Origin: an uncultured Spirochaetota bacterium
GTDB taxonomy: Bacteria; Spirochaetota; Spirochaetia; SZUA-6; Fen-1364
DNA length: 64,000 nucleotides
Direction of reading: 5' to 3'
Assembly (NCBI GenBank): GCA_963745235.1
Contig: CAVUXE010000028.1
Location: 1 to 64,000, forward strand
The position numbers were made by a program, and so were the translations under genes. Under the pieces are notes generated by a model, which worked only from the letters and a program-made list of their open reading frames with translations, made no database searches and had not been told where the DNA came from. Shown in pieces: positions 56,842-64,000 of this stretch. Numbering within the stretch: position 1 is the first letter of the stretch; the number at the start of each line of letters is the position of its first letter.

Positions 56842-58005
56842 TCAGCCGGACCGATGGTCCTGCGTGAAGTCCTTGAGCCAGCCTTTGTCCCACAGGCTGG
56901 GGAAGGGGTTGCGCTGATAGGGGTGCGCAGCCACGGCCGCCTCATCGAGCTCCAGGCCGAGCCCCGGCTGGTCATCCAGAAAGAGCTCACCGCCACGGAT
57001 CGGATTCCAGCCGTGCACCAGCTCATTTCTCCACGGGACATCGAACTCGGCAAACGCCTCCTGGATGAGGAAGCTGGGACTCGCCACGTCGAAATGCAGG
57101 CAGGCGGCAAGGGAGACCGGACCAACGGAGCAGTGCGGGGACAACCGGATGTCCTTCTGCTCGGCAAGCGCGGCAATGCGCCGCCCAGCGGAAAGTCCGC
57201 CGCAGTGGGCAAGGTCGGGCTGCAGCACGTCCACTGCCCGCAGGGAGATGATCCGCGCAAAATCCGCCATGGTATAGAGACGCTCGCCGGCAGAGATGGG
57301 CACGGAGGACTGGCGCTTGACGAAATCCAGCATCTCAATGCGCTCCGGCGGAACAGGCTCCTCGCACCAGGCGGGGGAATAGGGGGTCAGGCGCCTGATC
57401 ATTTCCAGGGCAGTGGGCGCATTCAGCCTGCCGTGGAACTCGATCATGAGCTGGACTTCCGGCCCCACGGCCTCCCGCACGCCGGCAACGAGGGCCTCGG
57501 CCTCTTCCATTTCCGACGGGCTCATCACCATCCAGGCGGTTCCCAGGGGATCGAACTTCATCGCCCTGTAGCCCCGGGACACGGCTTCCCGAGCGCGCTC
57601 CGCGTATTCCCTCGGGGTTCGCGCCCCGCCGTACCAGCCGTTTGCGTACGCGGGAATCCTGGTGTTGAACCTGCCGCCCAGCAGCCGATAGACCGGCTGG
57701 CCGCACGCCTTTCCGACGATGTCCCACAGGGCCAGCTCCACACCGCTGATGGCAGTCATGACGGTGGAGCCTCCCTGGTACTGGTCCCTGATCAGCGCCC
57801 CGGCCAGCGCTTCGATATCGAAAGGATCACGACCCACCACCCGGTCCTCGAGCCATTCGTGGCACAGGGTCTCCACGGTCTTCTCCTGCCACTCCAGGGA
57901 AGCTTCCCCGACACCGGTGATCCCGGTGTCCGTGGTCAGGCGTATGAAAAGGTAGTTTCGCAGGCCGGCGTTGGCGAGAAACGTCTCGAATCGCGAAATC
58001 TTCAT
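56842..58005 (-). CDS. Enolase-superfamily sugar-acid dehydratase (DgoD-like)
   Basis: GVGEA, ALWDI.GK, YANGW, KFDP, EFHGR, EEP, GER, QPD, PH. Confidence 0.9.
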   Translation of the reverse strand: MKISRFETFLANAGLRNYLFIRLTTDTGITGVGEASLEWQEKTVETLCHEWLEDRVVGRDPFDIEALAGALIRDQYQGGSTVMTAISGVELALWDIVGKACGQPVYRLLGGRFNTRIPAYANGWYGGARTPREYAERAREAVSRGYRAMKFDPLGTAWMVMSPSEMEEAEALVAGVREAVGPEVQLMIEFHGRLNAPTALEMIRRLTPYSPAWCEEPVPPERIEMLDFVKRQSSVPISAGERLYTMADFARIISLRAVDVLQPDLAHCGGLSAGRRIAALAEQKDIRLSPHCSVGPVSLAACLHFDVASPSFLIQEAFAEFDVPWRNELVHGWNPIRGGELFLDDQPGLGLELDEAAVAAHPYQRNPFPSLWDKGWLKDFTQDHRSG

Positions 58006-59177
58006 GCCCGTGCCTTTCCGGGCCATCCGTGGGACACGAGCCATGCGTGCGCCTCAGCATCAGCTTCCTTCGGGTCCAGGGGCAGCCGCACCACCGCGCC
58101 GCCTCGGGCCAGGGAAAGCTCGGAGGCCACGAGCGCTTCATATGCCTTGTGCCCGTCCCAGCCGCTGACCAGCGGCTTCTCGTTGCCGCGGATGGTTTGC
58201 AGGAAGTTCTCGATCAGGCCCATGAAGCCCCCGAACTCCTCGTCGAACAGGAGCGTGTTGGGCACAACGGGAGCCCAGACCCGGGATCCCTCCGTCTCGC
58301 TGTCATGCAGGGTGAGCCGGCACTGGTCATCCACGTCCAGCCAGGCGTGGTCCCCGTAGACCTCCACCCGCTCCCACGGCTTGAAGCTCAGAGCCGAAGA
58401 GCTCGTGGTGATCACTCCCACGGCTCCGCTCGCGAACTCCAGCTGGCAGACCGCATTATCGACGGGAAACCTGCGGCGGTTCTTATGGTAGCGGTCCAGC
58501 CCGACGCAGCGCACCGAGGCGACGTCACCCATGAGATACCGGGTAATGTCGAAGATGTGGATGGTCCCGGATTCGAAGAGGTCCACATACTCATAGCCGA
58601 GGTTGAACTTTGCAACGGACATGGCAGGATTGGAAACAGGGCCTTCGGAAATCATTCTCTTTGCCTTGCGATACGGCGGAGAGAACCGCTTGTTCGCCAC
58701 CGCCATGAGCGGAACGCGCCGTGTGTCGGAGAGCGTGCACATGCGAAACGAATCTGACAGGGAGCGCGCAATTGGCTTTTCCACGAGCACCGGTATGCCC
58801 TTCTCGAGACACGCGCAGGTGTGCTCGCAGTGGAGGTCATCCGAGCTGCACACGATGACTCCGTCCAGCTTCTCCTCATCTATCATGCGCCGGTAGTCCG
58901 CGTACCATGTGCCACCGAACACCGCCTCCACCTTGCGCGCCTGCTCCGCGGTGCGCAGCGCAAATGCCCGTACCTCCACCGGCTCCCAGATCGTCTGCAG
59001 CCTCTTGATGGCCGGCCAGTGCTTGGACTGCACCACCGGGCCCGCGCCAATGAAGCCAAGGGAAAGGGGCTTGCGCGACGCGCGCTCTTCATCTTTTGCA
59101 ACGCCGTAAACGTCCCCCAGCTCGAAGGCTTTCCTCGCCGGGGTATGTCCGTAGGTATCTTCCCTGTCTCTCATCAT
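58002..59177 (-). CDS. Gfo/Idh/MocA oxidoreductase
   Basis: GFIGAG, VLVEKP, ESGTIHIFD. Confidence 0.9.
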   Translation of the reverse strand: MMRDREDTYGHTPARKAFELGDVYGVAKDEERASRKPLSLGFIGAGPVVQSKHWPAIKRLQTIWEPVEVRAFALRTAEQARKVEAVFGGTWYADYRRMIDEEKLDGVIVCSSDDLHCEHTCACLEKGIPVLVEKPIARSLSDSFRMCTLSDTRRVPLMAVANKRFSPPYRKAKRMISEGPVSNPAMSVAKFNLGYEYVDLFESGTIHIFDITRYLMGDVASVRCVGLDRYHKNRRRFPVDNAVCQLEFASGAVGVITTSSSALSFKPWERVEVYGDHAWLDVDDQCRLTLHDSETEGSRVWAPVVPNTLLFDEEFGGFMGLIENFLQTIRGNEKPLVSGWDGHKAYEALVASELSLARGGAVVRLPLDPKEADAEAHAWLVSHGWPGKARA

Positions 59178-60178
59178 GAAGCGCCCCGCATCCCGCGCAT
59201 TGCGGGCCGGCTCGCCGCGCCCGAACGAAGCGCCTGGCGGCTGATGACCTCGAAGAAGAGCGCCACGAGGATGACTACCCCCTTGTAGAGGTAGAACGCG
59301 GAGTCACGCATGCCCATGGTGCTCAGGCCGTTGTTCAGGATGGAGAGGAAGATCACGCCGACGATGGTCTTCCTGATGCTCCCCTCCCCGCCCATCATGC
59401 TGCTGCCGCCAATGATGACGGCGACGATGGCGTCGAACTCCAGGCCGTACACGGCGTTCGGCGCTCCCGCGGACATCCTGGCAGTGGTCACCACCGTTGC
59501 CAGCCACACGAAGAAACCGCTCAGAAGGAACAGGAGCAGCCTGGAAAGGTCCGTGTTTACCCCCGCCTGCTTGGTCGCCTCGACGTCGCCGCCCAGCGCG
59601 TAGGTGTAGCGGCCCAGGCGCGTGCGGTTGAGCATGTACCAGCCGATCAGGTAGCTCGCCACCACCACCAGGATGACCGGGGAAATGCCCGCAAGGAAGC
59701 GGTTGTTCATGAAAGCGACGAACGGATTGACGAACGGCAGCGAGTCCCCGCCCGTGATCCCGAGCGCCAGGCCGCGCGCCCAGATCATGGCCGCCAGGGT
59801 CACGATGACCGAGTTGATTCCCACGTAGGAAAGAAGGAAACCGTTGAAAAGCCCGCAGGCAAGGGCGACCCCGAGGGAGGCGGCAAGGGAGACCGCCATG
59901 CTGCCCGTGCCCCGAAGAACCACTGCAAGCACGACTCCGGAAAGGGCCACGACGGAGCCGGGTGAGAGGTCGAATTGCCCGGCGATGATCGTGAAGGTCA
60001 CGCCCACGGCAACGATTGCAAGGGCGGCATTCTGCTCCAGGATGCTGACGAGGTTGTTCATGGTGAGAAAGTCAGGATTCAGCAGGGTGAATACGACAAT
60101 CAGGAGAACGCCCATGAAGACGAGGCCGAACTCCTTGAGCAGCCAGCCGGTGACCTGTCGGGATCCGCGTTCCTTCAT
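59174..60178 (-). CDS. Monosaccharide ABC permease
   Basis: FDLSPG, TRLGRY.YALGG, EFDAIVAVIIGG. Confidence 0.9.
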   Translation of the reverse strand: MKERGSRQVTGWLLKEFGLVFMGVLLIVVFTLLNPDFLTMNNLVSILEQNAALAIVAVGVTFTIIAGQFDLSPGSVVALSGVVLAVVLRGTGSMAVSLAASLGVALACGLFNGFLLSYVGINSVIVTLAAMIWARGLALGITGGDSLPFVNPFVAFMNNRFLAGISPVILVVVASYLIGWYMLNRTRLGRYTYALGGDVEATKQAGVNTDLSRLLLFLLSGFFVWLATVVTTARMSAGAPNAVYGLEFDAIVAVIIGGSSMMGGEGSIRKTIVGVIFLSILNNGLSTMGMRDSAFYLYKGVVILVALFFEVISRQALRSGAASRPAMRGMRGAS

Positions 60179-61191
60179 GCCGCCCTCCCCCTGCTGACCC
60201 GGTCGATGACCACGGCGGCGAGAATCAGGAGGCCGTTCACGGCGGTCTGGTAAGGCCCCGGTATTCCCTTGATCGTGAGGTAGTTGAGGATCATCCCCGC
60301 GATCAGCGCGCCGAGCATGGACTTTTCCAGCCTTCCCGAGCCACCGGTCAGGCTTGCTCCGCCCAGCACCACGGCAAGGATCACGTCGAACTGTATGTTG
60401 TTGCCCACCCCCGGGCTCACCGCGCTCAGGCGCGCCGCAAGGATGAGACCGCCGATCCCGGCGGTGAAGCCGGAAAGAACGTAGGTGAGAGTCTTGAGGC
60501 GCACCACGGGGACCCCGCACAAGGCGGTTGCCCGGGCGTTGCCGCCAATGGCGTACAGGCGCCTTCCGAAGCTGGTCTGGCGGAGAGCAACGGCAAAGAC
60601 GACGTACAGGAGAACCATGAGAAGGATGAGCACGGGAATGGACGCGATGGTCTTCTGGGCCACGAAGGTGAAGACCGGGTCCCGCACCCAGAGCCAGGCG
60701 TTGTCGATCCAGAGAATGGTCTGGGCCAGTCCCCGAACCGCAATCATCGTGCCGAGTGTCACGATGATAGGGCTGATGCCGGCGCTTTCCACGAGGAAGC
60801 CGTTGACGAGGCCCACCGCGCTCGCGGCGGCCAGGCCCGCCACGATGGCAACGCCCGTGGGAAGGTAGCCGTGGTTGAGGAGGAACATGGAGACCACCGC
60901 GGCAAGAAGCGCCGAGGAGCCCACGGACAGGTCGATTCCTCCGACGAGGATCACCATGAACATCCCGATTGCCATGATGGCAACCACGGATATCTGCTTG
61001 AAGATCGTGACGATGTTTTCCGCCAGGAGGAATCGAGGCGCCGTCAAGCCGAAGAGAATCCCCAGCGCTATGATCACCAGGACAATTCCATAGTCGCTGG
61101 CGATGACGCGGATCCGCTCTCCGCTGTTCAGAAGCGATGCCGGCTGGTCCATATGGCGCGGCGCCTGCGCCAGCTCATCTCCCCTGTGCAT
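60175..61191 (-). CDS. Monosaccharide ABC permease
   Basis: GGIDLSVG, FGRRLYAIGGN, AVVLGGASL.GG. Confidence 0.9.
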   Translation of the reverse strand: MHRGDELAQAPRHMDQPASLLNSGERIRVIASDYGIVLVIIALGILFGLTAPRFLLAENIVTIFKQISVVAIMAIGMFMVILVGGIDLSVGSSALLAAVVSMFLLNHGYLPTGVAIVAGLAAASAVGLVNGFLVESAGISPIIVTLGTMIAVRGLAQTILWIDNAWLWVRDPVFTFVAQKTIASIPVLILLMVLLYVVFAVALRQTSFGRRLYAIGGNARATALCGVPVVRLKTLTYVLSGFTAGIGGLILAARLSAVSPGVGNNIQFDVILAVVLGGASLTGGSGRLEKSMLGALIAGMILNYLTIKGIPGPYQTAVNGLLILAAVVIDRVSRGRAA

Positions 61192-62689
61192 GTTTGTGCC
61201 ACCCCTGGATTTCCGCCAGCAACTGCTCTTCCCCCGCCTCGGTGCGGGCGAGGATCCTGCTCAGGCGACCCTTGTACATCACGAAGATCCTGTCCGAGAT
61301 CCCCAGGATTTCGTTGTGGTCGGTCGACACCACCATGATCGCCTTCCCCTCCGCGGCGAGGGAGCTCAGCATCCGGTAGATCTCCGCCTTGGCGCCCACG
61401 TCGATGCCGCGGGTAGGCTCGATGAACAGCAGGATGTCCAGGTTGCTGAGAAGCCACCTGGCCACGATGGTCTTCTGCTGGTTTCCGCCGCTCAGCGTCC
61501 TCATGCGGGAGTTGGGCGTCCTCAGCGTGATGCCCACCTTGCGGATGAGATCCACCGCGGAAGCGCGCTCCCTGCGGTTATTGAGGAGTGGAAACGCCCG
61601 GCTGCGGCGGAAGGCGGGCAAAGAGGGAAGCGTGATGTTCTCCTTGACGGACATTTCAAGAATCAGGCCCTCATCTTTTCTGTTCTCCGTAAGGAGGCAG
61701 ATCCCGGCGTCGATGGCTTCCCGGGGAGAGTGAATCAGGATCTCTTTCCCGCGCCGCCGCACATGGCCTTCAGACTTTTCCATGATCCCGAACAGGGACC
61801 GCAGCAGCTCATTCTGCCCGGCCCCCAGGAGGCCGGTCACGCCGATGATTTCGCCCGGGTAGAGATCGAAGCTGACGTCCTGGACGCGTGAGCCGATGCT
61901 CAGGTTCCTCACCTGGAGCGCCGGCTCCTCCGACAGTGCCCCGCGATGGCTGGCTGCCTGGTAGAAAGCGTCCGCCTTCTGCCCGATCATCGCCTCGATC
62001 AGCTCATCCTCCGTGACACCTGCCACCTCCACGGTTTTCACAGTCTTTCCATTTCTGAGAATGGTGCCGCGGTTGCAGAATTGGAGAACCTCCCGCAGGC
62101 GGTGGGTGATGAAAATGATGGAGGCCCCGGTGTCGCGGATGCGGTTCAGGATCTGGAACAGATGCTCCGTATCCTCCTGGGTCAAGGGCGCGGTAGGCTC
62201 ATCGAGAATGAGGACCTTCAGGTCGTGGGAAAGGGCTTTTGCAATCTCCACCAGCTGACGCTGGGCAAGGGGAAGGTCGGCGATCTTTTCTTCGATATTG
62301 ATGTCTTCGATGCCCAGCTGCTCCAGGATCTCCTTCGATCTCCTGCGCAGCGTCCGGCCGTCAACGGCAAGGGGACTGCCCGGCTCCCGGCCGAGAAACA
62401 TGTTCTCCGCAACAGTGAGATTGGAGAGGAGGCTCAGCTCCTGGTAGACGGTGACGATTCCCTTTTGCAGCGCTTCCCGGGGATGGCGGAAGGAGAGCTC
62501 CTTCCCATCCAGAGTGATGATCCCGTCGTCCGCAGCGTACATCCCGGACAGGATTTTCATCATGGTAGATTTCCCGGCCCCGTTCTGCCCGATCACGGAG
62601 TGGATTTCTCCGCCCTCCACGGACAGGCTGGCGTGGTCCAGCGCAAGGACCCCGGGGAAGCGCTTTGTCATGTTTCGCATTTCGAGCAC
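61175..62689 (-). CDS. Monosaccharide ABC ATP-binding protein
   Basis: GQNGAGKST, DEPT, LSGGNQQK. Confidence 0.95.
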   Translation of the reverse strand: MLEMRNMTKRFPGVLALDHASLSVEGGEIHSVIGQNGAGKSTMMKILSGMYAADDGIITLDGKELSFRHPREALQKGIVTVYQELSLLSNLTVAENMFLGREPGSPLAVDGRTLRRRSKEILEQLGIEDINIEEKIADLPLAQRQLVEIAKALSHDLKVLILDEPTAPLTQEDTEHLFQILNRIRDTGASIIFITHRLREVLQFCNRGTILRNGKTVKTVEVAGVTEDELIEAMIGQKADAFYQAASHRGALSEEPALQVRNLSIGSRVQDVSFDLYPGEIIGVTGLLGAGQNELLRSLFGIMEKSEGHVRRRGKEILIHSPREAIDAGICLLTENRKDEGLILEMSVKENITLPSLPAFRRSRAFPLLNNRRERASAVDLIRKVGITLRTPNSRMRTLSGGNQQKTIVARWLLSNLDILLFIEPTRGIDVGAKAEIYRMLSSLAAEGKAIMVVSTDHNEILGISDRIFVMYKGRLSRILARTEAGEEQLLAEIQGWHKHAQGR

Positions 62690-62754
62690 AGTGTTCCCGC
62701 GCCTCTCTTCCCGTTACTTCATAGCTTGTGCACACATTCCGCGCAAGACAGGGA

Positions 62755-62778
62755 GGAGGCCGGGGTGCCCCGGCCTCC
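62755..62778 (-). terminator. Stem-loop after the SBP gene
   Basis: GGAGGCCGGGG-tg-CCCCGGCCTCC. Confidence 0.6.
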
Positions 62779-62790
62779 CGCCGTTGAGGG

Positions 62791-63867
62791 TTACTTCCCC
62801 ATGTACTGGGCAACGATCTCGTCGAGCGGCTTCTCGTACGGGAAGGTCGTCAGATTGGTCGTCATGTCCTTGGCGAGCTTGATTGCCGCGTCCGCGTTGT
62901 CCTTGGTGATCAGCGTGCCTTTGATCAGGATTTCAGCAGGCACTTTCTCACCCATGGCGATCCGGAAGGGAACCCACGCCTTCCAGAATCCCGAGTACTC
63001 GGGCCCAAGGAGGACCGTGGCCGACATCTTTCCATCCTTGATGTCCTGGAGCGCGAAGTCATCCCCGTCCACAGACACCATGATGATCTTTCCATCACCG
63101 GTCTTTCCGGCCTTTCCATCCCAGAGCCGGCCCGCCTGGTCGACCGCGTTGAGGGCGGGGACGGTGAGGCTGTCGCTGTTGCCGTACACGAGGTCGAGGT
63201 CGGGATAGGCGGTCAGCCAGTTTTCCATGATCTCAACCGCGCGCTTGGGGTCCCATCCGGTGGGCTCCTTTGCGACGATCTTGATGTCAGGATACTTGGC
63301 AAGCACGTCCGACCATCCGCCGGAGCGTTCCGTGTTCAGACCCTGTCCGAGCAGGCCCTGGAGGTTGGCAACCTTGCCGGCCGGGGAGCCGTTCTTCTGC
63401 GTCAGCAGCTTCACGGAATACTCGCCCTCCAGGCGGCCGGTGTTCCTTTCATCGAACCCCAGCATGGTCGCCATTCCATCGATCTTGCTGTGCAGGGCAA
63501 CCACCGGGATGTGGGCGGCGGCCGCGTATGCCATTGCCGGGCCGAATGCCTTCACGTCGATGAAGTTGACGGCAATCGCATCCACCTTCTGGTTGACGAG
63601 GTTCTCGAATGCCTGGATCTGCTTGTTGACGTCACCTTCGCCGCTTGCCACCTTCAGCTCGAAGCCGAACCTGCGCGCGGCTTCCTTTGCGCCGTTGACC
63701 TCCCCGATGTGGAACGGATTGCTCAGATCGATCTGGACCAGGCCGATCACTTTTTTGCCGGTTGACGCCTGCGAGGCGGCTTCCTGCTTTCCGCCCGCGA
63801 ATGCGCCAACTGCCACGAGAAGTGAGCCGACAATGCTCAGAATCAAGACTCGAATCAGAGTTCGCAT
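62791..63867 (-). CDS. Monosaccharide ABC solute-binding protein
   Basis: Signal peptide ending AFAGGKQE (spirochaete-style); NPFH, R..G, SVDG. Confidence 0.9.
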   Translation of the reverse strand: MRTLIRVLILSIVGSLLVAVGAFAGGKQEAASQASTGKKVIGLVQIDLSNPFHIGEVNGAKEAARRFGFELKVASGEGDVNKQIQAFENLVNQKVDAIAVNFIDVKAFGPAMAYAAAAHIPVVALHSKIDGMATMLGFDERNTGRLEGEYSVKLLTQKNGSPAGKVANLQGLLGQGLNTERSGGWSDVLAKYPDIKIVAKEPTGWDPKRAVEIMENWLTAYPDLDLVYGNSDSLTVPALNAVDQAGRLWDGKAGKTGDGKIIMVSVDGDDFALQDIKDGKMSATVLLGPEYSGFWKAWVPFRIAMGEKVPAEILIKGTLITKDNADAAIKLAKDMTTNLTTFPYEKPLDEIVAQYMGK

Positions 63868-63890
63868 CTGGTGAGTCCTCCTTGCGGCCG

Positions 63891-63949
63891 ATGGTACAGC
63901 CCGCCTTTCCATATGTCAACTAGCCGATAAAGACTTTACAAAAGTAAAG
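63891..63949 (-). promoter_or_regulatory. Promoter of the leftward sugar-acid operon, with an upstream palindrome
   Basis: TTGACA (63914-63919)-17-TACCAT (63891-63896) on the - strand; CTTTAC-aaaa-GTAAAG at 63934-63949. Confidence 0.7.
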
Positions 63950-64000
63950 CATGGTGAGCTATTGAGTGATTATTTTTCTTTAATGTACAGTATGCTAATG

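Noticed and set aside
1-64000. tRNA, rRNA or riboswitch genes
   Set aside because: None was recognised by eye. Intergenic hairpins are explained as IS ends or post-SBP stabilisers; a covariance-model search was not possible.

Overview
A mosaic window with four blocks. (1) 1-~4090 is very GC-rich. It holds an IS481-family element, an adjacent 416-bp internally deleted derivative, a DsrE-family gene and gene remnants. (2) ~4090-19420 is a lower-GC conjugative/plasmid-like element. It carries a candidate defence cluster (HEPN-like, DUF5131/Gp37-Gp68, TcmP, a Zn-clasp protein, an HNH-like remnant), a relaxase-VirD4-RHH-TrbB/C/D module with no trbE onward, parAB and two tandem ArdC paralogues. Three of its promoters share an 11-bp motif. 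(3) 19420-24190 is an IS nest in which IS1182-family copies sit exactly in the loop of the IS200 right-end hairpin; one stretch looks like a mixed-orientation consensus. (4) 24270-64000 is a large carbohydrate-utilisation region with GH79, GH35, three sugar ABC systems, isomerases, a split transketolase, aldolases, an Entner-Doudoroff-like operon and an MCP/PilZ pair; the gene style suggests a free-living spirochaete (inference). The most striking items are a ROK repressor fused to a signal-less duplicate of the neighbouring ABC solute-binding protein (with matching operators), IS1182 targeting of IS200 hairpins, the DUF5131/TcmP/HEPN cluster, and a KdgK-like kinase lacking the catalytic Asp. 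Several genes carry single-base frameshifts that may be long-read errors. All family calls come from motif recognition by eye; no database searches were run.
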